A stretch of DNA of 64,000 nt, taken from assembly GCF_009914755.1 (NCBI RefSeq), contig NC_060930.1. One strand, given 5' to 3'. Under the pieces are notes generated by a model, which saw nothing but the letters and a program-made list of their open reading frames with translations, made no database searches and had not been told where the DNA came from. The DNA comes from the human T2T-CHM13v2.0 reference genome, Homo sapiens. Shown here piece after piece: positions 14,817 to 28,947 of this stretch (the first letter of the stretch is position 1; each line of letters starts with the position of its first letter). The position numbers were made by a program, and so were the translations under genes.

Positions 14817-15840
14817 ATGGGGAGAAACCAGAGCAGAAAAGCTGAAAATTCTAAAAACCAGAGCGCCTCTTCTCCTCCAAAAGATCGCAGCTCCTCGCCA
14901 GCAATGGAACAAAGCAGGACAGAGAATGACTTTGACGAGTTGACAGAAGTAGGCTTCAGAAGGTTGGTAATAACAAACTTCTCCAAGCTAAAGGAGGATG
15001 TTCAAAACCATCACAAGGAAGCTGAAAACCTTGAAAAAAGATTAGAAGAATGGCTAGCTAAAATAAACAGTGTAGAGATCTTAAATGACCTGAGGGAGCT
15101 GAAAACCACGGCACAAGAACTACGTGATGCATGCACAAGCTTCAGTAGCCAATTCGATCAAGTGGAAGAAAGGGTATCAGTGATTGAAGATCAAATTAAT
15201 GAAATAAAGTGAGAAGAGAAGTTTAGAGAAAAAAGAGTAAAAAGAAATGAACAAAGCCTCCAAGAAATATGGGACTATGTGAAAAGACCAAATCTATGTT
15301 TGATTGGTGTACCCAAAAGTGATGGGGAGAATGGAACCAAGTTGGAAAACACTCTTCAGGATATTATCCAGGAGAACTTCCCCAACCTAGCAAGGCAGGT
15401 GAACATTCAAATTCAGGAAATACAGAGAACACCACAAAGATACTCCTTGAGAAGAGCAACTCCAAGACACATAATTGTCAGATTCACCAAGGTTGAAATG
15501 AAGGAAAAAAATGTTAAGGGCAGCCAGAGAGAAAGGTCGGGTTACCCGCAAAGGGAAGCCCATCAGACTAACAGCAGATCTCTTGGCAGAAGCTCTACAA
15601 GCCAGAAGACAGTGGGGGCCAATAGTCAACATTCTTAAAGAAAAGAATTTTCAAGCCAGAATTTCATATCCAGCCAAACTAAGCTTCATAAGTGAAGGAG
15701 AAATAAAAACCTTTACAGACAAGCAAATGCTGAGAGATTTTGTCACCACCAGGCCTGCCTTACAAGAGCTCCTGAAGGAAGCACTAAACATGGAAAGGAA
15801 CAACCAGTACCAGCCACTGCAAAAACATGCCAAATTGTAA
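14817..15840 (+). pseudogene. L1 ORF1p remnant (disrupted)
   Basis: MGRNQSRKAENSKNQS... to ...YQPLQKHAKL; TGA at 15210-15212 and a frameshift in the A-run near 15510. Confidence 0.93.
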
Positions 15841-17097
15841 AGACCATCGATGCTAGGAAGAAACTGCATCAACTAACAGGCAAAATAACCAGTTAACATC
15901 ATAATGACAAGATCAAATTCACACATAACAATATTAGCTTTAAATGTAAGTGGGCTAAATGCCACAATTAAAAGACACAGACTGGCAAATTGGATAAAGA
16001 GTCAAGACCCATCAGTATGCTGTATTCAGTAGACCCATCTCATATGCAGAGACACACATAGGCTCAAAATAAAGGGATGGAGGAAGATCTACCAAGCAAA
16101 TGGAAAGCAAAAAAAAGCAGGGATTGCAATCCTAGTCTCCGATAAAACAGACTTTAAACCAACAAAGATCAAAAGAGGCAAAGAAGGCCATTACATAATG
16201 GTAAAGGGATCAATTCAACAAGAAGAGCTAACTATCCTAAATATATATGCACCCAATACAGGAGCACCCAGATTCATAAAGCAAGTCCTTAGAGACCTAC
16301 AAAGAGACTTAGACTCCCACACAATAATAATGGGAGACTTTAACACCCCACTGTCAATATTAGACAGATCAACAAGACAGAAGGTTAACAAGGATATCCA
16401 GGACTTGAACTCAGCTCTGCACCAAGCAGACCTAATAGACATCTATGGAACTCTCTATCCCAAATCAACAGAATATACATTCTTCTCAGCACCACATCTC
16501 ACTTATTCCAAAATTGACCACATAGATGATAGTAAAGCACTCCTCAGCAAATGTAAAAGAACAGAAATCACAACAAACTGTCTCTCAGACCACAGTGCAA
16601 TCAAATTAGAACTCAGGATTAAGAAATTCACTCAAAATCACACAACTACATGGAAACTGAACAACCTGCTCCTGAATGACTACTGGGTAAATAACAAAAT
16701 GAAATCAGAAATAAAGATGTTCTTTGAAACCAATGAGAACAAAGACACAACAGACCAGAATCTCTGGGATACATTTAAAGCAGGGTGTAGAGGGAAATTT
16801 ATAGCACTAAAGGACCACAAGAGAAAGCAGGAAAGATCTAAAATTGACACCCAACATCACAATTAAAAGAACTAGAGAAGCAAGAGCAAACAAATACAAA
16901 AGCTAGCAGAGGGTAAGAAATAACTAAGATCAGAGCAGAACTGAAGGAGATAGAGACACAAAGAAACCCTTCAAACAATCAATGAATCCAGGAGCTGGTT
17001 TTTGGAAAAGATCAACAAAATTCATAGACTGCTAGCAAGACTAATAAAGAAGAAAAGAGAGAAGAATCAAATAGAAGCAATAAAAAATGATAAAGGC

Positions 17098-17493
<396 letters not shown>

Positions 17494-18660
17494 CTAGAAA
17501 ATCTAGAAGAAATGGACAAATTCCTTGACACATACACCATCCCAAGCCTAAATCAGGAAGAAGTTGAATCTCTGAATAGACTAATAACAGTCTCTGAAAT
17601 TGAGGCAATAATTAATAGCCTACCAACCAAAAAAAGTCCAGGACCAGATGGATTCACAGCCAAATTCTACCAGAGGTACAAAGAGGAGCTGGTACCATTT
17701 CTTCTGAAACTATTCCAACCACTATTCCAATCAATAGAAAAAGAGGGAATCCTCCCTAACTCATCTGATGAGGCCAGCATCATCCTGATACCAAAGCCTG
17801 GCAGAGACACAACAAAAAAAAAAGAGAATTTTAGACCAATATCCCTGATGAACATCGATGCAAAACTTCTGAGTAAAATACTGGCAAACTGAATCCAGCA
17901 GCACATCAAAAAGCTTATCCACCATGATCAAGTCGTCTTCATCCCTGGGATGCAAGGCTGGTTCAACAAATGCAAATCAATAAATGTAATCCATCACATA
18001 AACAGAACCAAAAACAAAAACAACATGATTATCTCAATAGATGCAGAAAAGGCCTTCAACAAAATTCAACAGCCCTTCATGCTAAAAACTCTCAATAAAC
18101 TAGGTGTTGATAGAATGTATCTCAAAACAATAAGAGCTATTTATGAGAAACCCACAGCCAATATCATACTGAATGGGCAAAAACTGGAAGCATTCCCTTC
18201 AAAAACTGGCACAAGACAGGGATGCCCTCTCTCACCATTCATGTTCAACATAGTGTTGGAAGTTCTGGCTAGGGCAATCAGGCAGGAGAAGGAAATAAAG
18301 GGTATTCAATTAGGAAAAAAGGAATTTAAATTGTCCCTGTTTGCAGATGACATGATTGTATATTTAGAAAACCCCATCATCTCAGCTCAAAATCTCCTTA
18401 AGCTGATAAGCAACTTCAGCAAAGTCTCAGAATACAAAATCATTGTGCAAAAATCACAAGCATTCCTATACACCAATAACAAACAAACAGAGAGCCAAAT
18501 CATGAGTGAACTCCCATTCACAATTGCTACAAAGAGAATAAAATACCTAGGAATCCAACATACAAGGGATGTGAAGGACCTCTTCAAAGAACACTACAAA
18601 CCACTGCTCAACAAAATACAAGAGGACACAAACAAATGGAAGAACATTCCATTCTCATAG

Positions 18661-18903
<243 letters not shown>

Positions 18904-19901
18904 TAGTGCTGGTACCGAAACAGAGATATAGACCAATGGAACAGAAAAGAAGCCTCAGAAATAACACTACACATCTGCAACCATCTGATCTTTGACAAAC
19001 CTGACAAAAACAAGATATGGGGAAAGGATTCCCTATTTAATAAATGGTGCTGGGAAAACTGGCTAGTCATACGTAGAAAGCTGAAACTGGATCCCTTCCT
19101 TACACCTTATACAAAAATTAATTCAAGATGGATTAAAGACTTACATGTTAGACCTAAAACCATAAAAACCCTAGAAGAAAACCTAGGTAATACCATTCGG
19201 GACATAGGCATGGGCAAGGACTTCAAGAGTAAAACACCAAAAGCAATGGCAACAAAAGCCAAAATAGACAAATGGGATCTAATTAAACTAAAGAGCTTCT
19301 GCACAGCAAAAGAAATTACCATCAAAGTGAACAGGCAACCTACAGAAAGGGAGAAAATTTTTGCAATCTACTCATCTGACAAAGGGCTAATATCCAGAAT
19401 CTACAAAGAACTTAAATTTACAAGAAAAAAACAACCCCATCAAAAAGTGGGCAAAGGATATGAACAGACACTTCTCAAAAGAAGACATTTATGCAGCCAA
19501 CAGACACATGAAAAAATGCTTATCATCACTGGTCATCAGAGAAATGCAAATCAAAACCATACCGTCTCACACCAGTTAGAATGGTGATCATTAAAAAGTC
19601 AGGAAACAAGAGATGCTGGAGAGGATGTGGAGAAATAGGAGCACTTTTACACCGTTGGTGGGAGTATAAACTAGTTCAATCATTGTGGAAGACAGTGTGG
19701 TGATTCCTGAAGGATCTAGAACTAGAAATACCATTTAACCCAGCCATCCCATTACTGGGTATATACCCAAAGGATTATAAATCATGCTACTATAAAGACA
19801 CATGCACACATATGTTTATTGTGGCACTATTCACAATAGCAAAGACTTGGAACCAACCCAAATGTCCATCAATGATAGACTGGATTAAGAAAATGTGGCA
19901 C

Positions 19902-21455
19902 GCTCTCCCTCTCCCTCTCCCTCTCCCTCTCCCTCTCCACAGTCTCCCACTGATGCCAAGCCGAAGCTGGACTGTACTGCTGCCATCTCGGCTCACTGCA
20001 GCCTCCCTGCCTGATTCTCCTGCCTCAGCCTGCCCAGTGCCTGCGATTGCAGGCGCGCGCCGCCACGCCTGACTGGTTTTCGTATTTTTTTGGTGGAGAC
20101 GGGGTTTCGCTGTGTTGGCCGGGCTGGTCTCCAGCTCCTAACCGCGAGTGATCCGCCAGCCTCGGCCTCCCGAGGTGCCGGGATTGCAGACGGAGTCTGG
20201 TTCACTCAGTGCTCAATGCTGCCCAGGCTGCAGTGCAGTGGCGTGATCTCGGCTCGCTACAACCTCCACCTCCCAGCCGCCTGCCTTGGCCTCCCAAAGT
20301 GCCGAGATTGCAGCCTCTGCCCGGCCGCCACCCCGTCTGGGAAGTGAGGAGCGTCTCTGCCTGGCTGCCCATCGTCTGGGACGTGAGGAGCCCCTCTGCC
20401 TGGCTACCCAGTCTGGAAAGTGAGGAGCGCCTCTACCTGGCCGCGACCCCGTCTGGGAGGTGAGGAGCGTCTCTGCCCGGCTGCCCTGTCTGAGAAGTGA
20501 GGAGACCCTCCGCCTGGCAACCGCCCCATATGAGAAGTGAGGAGCCCCTCTGACCGGCAGCCACCCTGTCTGGGAAGTGAGGAGCGTCTCCGCCCGGCAG
20601 CCACCCCATCCGGGAGGGAGGTGGGGGTCAGCCCCCCCCAGGCCAGCCGCCCCTTCTGGGAGGGAGGTGGGGGGGTCAGCCCCCCGCCCGGCCAGCCGCC
20701 CCGTCCGGGAGGGAGGTGGGGGGGTCAGCCCCCGGCCCGGCCACCGCCCCGTCCGGGAGGGAGGTGGGGGGGTCAGCCCCCCGCCTGGCCAGCCGCCCCG
20801 TCCGGGAGGGAGGTGGGGGGGGTCAGCCCCCCGCCCGGCCAGCCGCCCAGTCCGGGAGGTGAGGGGCGCCTCTGCCCGGCCGCCCCTACTGGGAAGTGAG
20901 GATCCCCTCTGCCCAGCCACCACCCCGTCTGGGAGGTGTACCCAACAGCTCATTGAGAAGGGGCCATGATGACAATGGCGGTTTTGTGGAATAGAAAGGG
21001 GGGAAAGGCGGGGAAAAGATTGAGAAATCGGATGGTTGCCGTGTCTGTGTAGAAAGAGGTAGACACGGGAGACTTTTCATTTTGTTCTGTACTAAGAAAA
21101 ATTCTTCTGCCTTGGGATCCTGTTGATCAGTGACCTTACCCCCAACCCTGTGCTCTCTGAAACATGTGCTGTGTCCACTCAGGGTTAAATGGATTAAGGG
21201 CGGTGCAAGATGTGCTTTGTTAAACAGATGCTTGAAGGCAGCATGCTCGTTAAGAGTCATCACCACTCCCTAATCTCAAGTACCCAGGGACACAAACACT
21301 GCGGAAGGCCGCAGGGTCCTCTGCATAGGAAAACCAGAGACCTTTGTTCACTTGTTTATCTGCTGACCTTCCCTCCACTATTGTCCTATGACCCTGCCAA
21401 ATCCCCCTCTGTGAGAAACACCCAAGAATGATCAATTAAAAAAAAAAAAAAAAGA
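19902..21455 (+). mobile_element. Full-length SVA (SVA_D-like) nested in L1PA6 ORF2
   Basis: (CCCTCT)n head, antisense Alu-like region, GC-rich VNTR, SINE-R and poly(A); perfect 15-bp TSD aagaaaatgtggcac at 19887-19901 and 21456-21470, at a TT/AAGA site. Confidence 0.97.
20311..20940 (+). repeat. SVA VNTR (~37-50 bp GC-rich units)
   Basis: Repeated gcccggccagccgccccgtccgggagggaggtgggggggtcagccccc and ccccgtctgggaagtgaggagc units. Confidence 0.95.
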
Positions 21456-22441
21456 AAGAAAATGTGGCACATATACATCATGAAATACTATGCAGCCATA
21501 AAAAAGGATGACTTCATGTCTTTTGCAGGGACATGGATGAAGCTGGAAACCATCATTCTCAGCAAACTATCGCAAGGACAGAAAATCAAACACCGCATGT
21601 TCTCGCTCATAGGTGGGAACTGAACAATGAGAACACTTGGACACAGGGCGGGGAACGTCACACACCGGGGCCAGTCGTGGGGTGGGGGGCTAGGGGAGGG
21701 ATAGCATTAGGAGAAATACCTAATGTAAATGACGAGTTAAAGGGTGCAGCAAACCAACACAGCACATGTATACCTATGTAACAAACCTGCACATTGTGCA
21801 CATGTACCCTAGAACTTAAAGTATAATAAAATAAAATAAAATAAAATAAAATATGACCCAACTACATGTTGTATACAAGAAACCCACTTTAAACATAAAT
21901 ACATAAGTAGATTAGAAGTAAAGGGATGAAGAAAGATTTACCATTCCAACACTAATCCAGGGAAAGTGAGAGTAGTTATATTAATTTCAACAGAACAGAT
22001 TTCAGCGCAAAGAAAGTTATCAGGAATAAAGAGGGACATTATGTAATGATAATGATAATTGAGAAGTCAATACTCAGAGAAGACATAACAATCCTTAATG
22101 TACATGCACCTAACAGAGTGCCAAAATACATGCGGCAAAAACTGATCAAACTGCAAGGCAGAATAGATAAAAGCACTATTATATTTGGACACTTTAACAC
22201 ACCTTTATCAGAAATGGACAGATCCAACAGGCATAAAAATAAAATCAGTAAGGACGTAGCTGAACTCAACAGCACCATCAATCAACTGGATATAATTGAC
22301 ATCTATAGACTACTTCATCCAACAATAGCAAATTACACATTTTTCTCAAGTTCACATGGAACATTCTCCAACATAGGCCACATTCTGTTCTATCTTAGGA
22401 CATAAAATATATCTTAACAAATTTAAAAGAATGGAAACTAT

Positions 22442-22790
<349 letters not shown>

Positions 22791-23965
22791 GAGAAAAGCA
22801 ACCAGTAGTAAAATCTTGTCCTTTGGAGAGATCGATAAAATTGATAAACCTCTAGACAGACTAAATTTTTTTAAAAAGAGAAAGAGAAAACACAAATTAC
22901 TAGTATTGCAAATGAAAGAGAGAATGTCACTACAGATCCCATGAACTTTAAAAGGATAATAAAGGAATATTATGATCAACCCCCACTCACAAATTTTATA
23001 ACCTAGATGAAATGTACTAAGTTCTTAAAAGGCACAATCTGCCAAAACTCACACAAGAATAAAGAGACAATCTGTATAGACCTATACTTATTAAAGAAAT
23101 TGAATCAATAATTTAAAATGTCCTTGTATAAAGCACCTTGTAAGAGTGAAACCATCAAACCCAGATGGGTTCACTGGTGAATTCTACCAAATAGTTAAAT
23201 TAGAAATTATACCTATATAATTTATAATATAGATATAATCTCTTCCAGAAGGTGGAAACAGAGAGAATACTTCCTAACTCATTCTATGAGGTCAGTATTA
23301 CCCCAATACCAAAATCAGACAAAGACATTACAAGAAAAGAAATCTACAGACCAACACCTCTCAAGAGCACAGAAGCAAAAATCCTCAACAAAATATTAGC
23401 AAATCAAATCCAACAACGTACAAAAAGAATTATGCACAACTGAGTGGAATTTATCCCAGGTATGCAAGACCAGTTTACTATTCAAAAATCTGTTAATGTA
23501 ATCCATCACATCAACAGGCTAAAGAAGAAAAATCACATAAACGTATCAATAGATGCAGGAAAACCATTTGACAAAATCCAATACCCATTTATGATTAAAA
23601 CTCTCAGCAAACTAGGAATAGAGAGAAGCTCCTCAACATGATAAAGAACATCTACCAAAAACCTACAGCTAACATCATACTTAATGATGAGAAACTCAGA
23701 ACTTTCCCACTAAGATCATGAACAGGCAAGGATGTCCCCTCTCACCACTGATTTTCAACACTATACTGGAAGCCCTAGCTAATGCAACAAGACAATTAAA
23801 GGAAATAAAAGGTATGCAGATTGTGAAGGAAGAAATAAAACTGTATTCATTCACAGATTACATGATTGTCTAGAAAATTTTTTTAAAAGATGAAAAAAAA
23901 ACCCTTCTAGAACTAAAAAGTGATTATAGTGAGGTTGCTGGATAAAGGTGAATATTTAAAAGTCA

Positions 23966-26530
23966 ACAAAAATCTTCAACAAAATATTAGCAAACTGAAT
24001 TCAACACATTAAAAAGATCATTCATCATGATCAGTTGGGATTTATCCCAGGGATGCATGGAGGGTTCAACATATGCAAATCAATCATATCAACAGAATGA
24101 ATGACTAAAACCACATGACCATTTCAATACATGCTGAAAAGACATTCAATAAAATTCAACATCTTTCCGTGATAAAAACCTTAACAAACTGGTTATAGAA
24201 AGAACATACTCCAACACAATAAAAGCCATATATGACAAACCCACAGTTGTTATCATACTGAATAAGGAAAAACTGAAAGCCTTTACTCTAAAATCTGGAA
24301 CAAGACAAGGATGCCCCCTTTCACCAATTTTACTCAACACAGCACTAGAAGTCTTAGCCAGAGCAATTAGACAAGAAAAAGATATAAAGGGAATCCAAAC
24401 TGGAAAGGAAGAAGTCAAGTTATCTTCGTTTGCAGATGATGGGATCTTATATATAGAAGAACCTAAAGACTCCATCCACCCAAAACTATTAGCACCAAAA
24501 AGCAAATTCAGTAAAGTTGCAGGATTCAAAATCAACATACAAGAATCAGTAGCATTTCTATATGCCAATAGCAAACAGTCTGAAAAAGAAACTAAGAAAG
24601 TAATTCCATTTTCAATCGCTACAAATAAAATAAAATATCTAAAAATAAACTTAACTGAAGAAGTGAAAGTCCTCATACCTAGAAATAAACTTAACTCAAG
24701 AAGTGAAAGTTCTCATCAATGAAAACTATAAAATGCTGATGAAAGAAATTGAGGAAGACACCAAAATGGAAAGATATGACATGTTTGTGGATCGCAAGAA
24801 TCAACATTGTTAAAATATCCATACTACCCAAAGCAATCTACATATTGCATTGAATCTACCAGAATACCAATGACATTCTTTACAGAAATAGAAAAACAAT
24901 CCTAAAATTCATATGAAACCACAAAAGACCCCAAATAGTTAAAGCAATCTAGAGCAAAAAGAACAAAGCTAGAGCTATCACTCTGCCTGACTTCAAATTA
25001 TACTACAAAGCTACAGTAACCAAAACCACATGGTACTGCAATAAAAACAGACACATAGACCAATGGAACAGAATAGAGAAACCAAAAATTAATCCATGCA
25101 CTTACAGCCAACTTATTTTCAGCCAAAGTGCCAAGAACATACACTAAGGGAGGGGTAGTTTCTTTAATAAATGGTCCTGGGAAAACTGGGTATCCATAGG
25201 AAGAAGAGTGAAACTAGACTCCTATCTATCTCTCACCATTAAAAAAAATCAAATCAAAATGGATTAAAGACTTGACTCCAAAACCTAAAACTATGAAACT
25301 ACTAGAAGAAAACATTGGGGAAACCCTCCAGGACGTTGGTTTGGGCAAAGATTTCTTGAGTAAGAGTTCAAAAGCACAGGCAACAAAAGCAAAAATAAAT
25401 AAATGGGATCACACCAAGCTAAAAAGCTTCCACACAGCAAAGGAAACAATCAACAAAGTGAAGTGACAGCCTACCAAATGGGAGAAAATATTTGCACACT
25501 ACCCATCTGACAAGGAATTAATAACCAGAATGCATAAAGAGCTCACACAAATCAATAGGAAAAAAAAATCCAATTAAAACATGGGCAAAAGATTTGAATA
25601 GGCATTTCTCAAAAGAAGACATACAAATGACAACTGGGTATATGAGAAAATGCTCAGCATCACTAACCTTTACAGAAATGCAAATCGAAAGTACAATGAG
25701 ATATCATCTTGCTTGTTAAAATGTCTTTTATCAAGAAGGCATAACATGCTGGTGAGGATGTGTAGAAAGAGTAACCATCATGCACTGTAGGTGGGAATGT
25801 AAAGTACAGCCACTATGGAGAACAATATGGAGGTTTCTCAAAACACTGAAAATAGAGCTACCATACAACCCAGTAATCCCACTGCTAGGTATGCGTCCAA
25901 AAGAAAGGAAATCAGTAAATCAAACTGATATCTGCACTTGCATGTTTCTTGCAGCACTATTCACAATAGCCAAGATATGGAATCAACCTAAGTGTCAATC
26001 AACAGATGAAAGGATAAAGAAAATGTGGTACATACACACACTGGAATATTATTCAGCCATAAAAAAGAATGAAGTCCTGTCTTTTGCAACAACATGGATG
26101 GAATGGAAGTCATTATGTTAAGTAAGCCAGGTACAGAAAGACAAATATCACATGTTCTCACTCAAATGTGGGAGCCAAAAAAGCAGATCTCATGGAGGTA
26201 GAGAGTAGAACAGTGGTTATCAGAGGATGGGAAGGGTAATAGGGTGGGAGGAATGAAGGGAAGTTGGTTAATGAGTACAAAAATGTAGTTAGATAGAAGG
26301 AACAAGTTCTAGTATTTGATAGTATACTAGGAAAATTATAGTTAACAATAATTTATTATATATTTCAAAACAGTGAGAAGAGAAGAATTGTAATGTTCCC
26401 AACACAGAGAAGAGTTACGTGTTTGAGGTGATGGATATCCCAGTTGCTTAATTGCCCTGACATTGTATATATGTATCAAAATACCACATGTCACCCCAAA
26501 ACGTATACAACAATGATGTATCAATTTTAA
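23966..26530 (+). mobile_element. 5'-truncated L1MA4/L1MA4A-like LINE inserted in the L1MC
   Basis: RT region restarts at caaaaatcttcaacaaaatattagc and runs to an L1MA-type 3'UTR (gttagatagaaggaacaagttctagtatttgatag...gtttgaggtgatggatatccc). Confidence 0.85.
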
Positions 26531-26619
26531 ATATGTAAAACTCCTGCTCTATGAAGGACAATATTAAGAGAATAAAAAGACAAGCCACACACTGGGTGAA
26601 AAAATTTGCAAAAGACAAA

Positions 26620-26917
26620 TTTTTTTTTTTTTTTTGAGACAGAGTCTCGCTCTGTCAACCAGGCTGGAGTGCAGTGGTGCAATCTCGTCTCACCGCAACC
26701 TCTGCTTCCCAGGTTCAAGCAATCCTCATGCCTCAGCCTCCCGAGTAGCTGGGACTACAGGCACATGCCACCACGCCCAGCTAATTTTTTGTATTTTAGC
26801 AGAGACAGGGTTTCACCATGTTGCCCAGGCTGGCCTTCAACTTTTGAGCTCAGGCAATCTGCCCACCTTGGCCTCCCAAAATGCTAGGATTACAGGTGTG
26901 AGCCACCACACCTGGCC
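26620..26917 (-). mobile_element. AluS (Sz-like)
   Basis: TSD tgcaaaagaca at 26607-26617 and 26918-26928. Confidence 0.93.
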
Positions 26918-27535
26918 TGCAAAAGACACATCTGATGAAGGACTGTTACCCAAAATACACAAAGAACTCTTAAAATTAAACAATAAAAAAAGAACAACCT
27001 GATTAAAAAATGGGTGAAAAGCCTGAACAGATAACTCACCAGAGAAGATACACAGATGGCAAATAAGCATATGAAAATACGTTCAACACCACATGTCATT
27101 AGGACATTGCAAGTTAAAATAAAAATGAGATACCACTATATACCTATTAAAATGGCCAAAATCCAAAACACTGACAACACCAAATGCTGGTGACGATGTG
27201 GAGCAAAAGGAACTCTCCTTCTTTGCTCATGGGAATGCAAAATATCCACTTTGGAAGACAGTTTGGCAGTTTCTTACAAAACTAAATACACTCTTATCAT
27301 ATGATCTAGCAATCTTTAGTATTTACCCAAATTAAGTGAAAACTTATGTTTATGCACATGAATGTTTATAGCAGCTTTATTCACAATTGCCAAAACTTGG
27401 AAGCAACCAAGATGTCCTTCAGTAGATAAATAAATAAATAAACTGAGGTGCATCCAGACAATGGAATATTATTTAGCAACAACAACAACAACAAAAAGAG
27501 CTATCAAGCCATGCAAATATATGAAGGAAGCCTGA

Positions 27536-27840
<305 letters not shown>

Positions 27841-28586
27841 TTGAATGCATTTTACAAGTGAAAGAAGTCAATCTGAAAAGGCCACGAGTTGGGTGATTCC
27901 AACTACATAATATTCTGGAAAAGGAAAAACAATGGAGTAAAAAGACAAATGGTTTCCAGGGATTAGGAAGAAGGGAGAGATGAACAAGGAGAGCATACAG
28001 GAATTCTAGAGCAGTGAAACTCTTCTGTATAACACTACCATGGTGGATGCATGTCATTATACACATGTCAAAACCCATAGGATGTACAAACCAAAAGTGA
28101 AGCCTAATGTAAAATATGGACTTTGGGTGATATTAACATGTCAATGTAAGTTCACAAAGTGTGACGAATGTACCACTGTGTTGGGAGATGTCAATAGTGG
28201 GGAAGGTACGTGTGTATGGGGACGGGGTATGTGGAAACTCTCTGTACTTTAAGCTCAATTTTTCCGTGAACCTAAAACTGCCCTAAAATGTAAAATTTAC
28301 CAATTTGTTTAAAAAGTTAATAAGTGCCAGAGCTAGGATTTTATCTCAGATGGAGTCAACTCTAAAATTGTGGCTTAATTTGGCAATGCCAGCAGGTCTC
28401 CGAGATTACAGTCGCAGGTCCCAAGCAACTGAATTTGGACCCTGTAACACTTTACGTTTCTTCGACCCTTTCTTCTTAAGGTTTTCCAGCTTTAACTTAA
28501 CTTCCAGCAGCCAAGGGCATCACACTATCAACAAAGCCACACATCAAGGAGCTATATTACTACAAGCAGGCAAAAATACTTAAGGA

Positions 28587-28896
28587 GGCCAGGCGCGGTG
28601 GCTCACGCCTATAATCCCAGCACTTTGGGAGGTGGAGGCGGGTGGATTGCCTGAGCTCAGGAGTTCGAGACCAGCCTGGCCAACATGGTGAAACCCTGTC
28701 TCTACTAAAAATACAAAACTTACCCGGGCATGGTGGCGGGCACCTGTAATCCCAGCTACTCAGGAGGCTGAGGCACAATAATTGCTTGAACCCAGGAGGC
28801 AGAGGTTGCAGTGAGCCGAGATCACTGCACTCCAGCCTGGTCAGCAGAGCGAGACCCCATCTCAAAAAACTTAAATTAAATTAATAGTTAATAAAT
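28587..28896 (+). mobile_element. AluS
   Basis: TSD aaaata(c/a)ttaagga at 28573-28586 and 28897-28910. Confidence 0.93.
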
Positions 28897-28947
28897 AAAA
28901 TAATTAAGGAAATCTTTATTCACAACAACCAGTTCTAAATTGTAAGT

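Noticed and set aside
20213-20969. Pro/Gly-rich ORFs and regularly spaced repeats resembling an array
   Set aside because: SVA VNTR; no unique spacers or cas genes, so not CRISPR and not a gene
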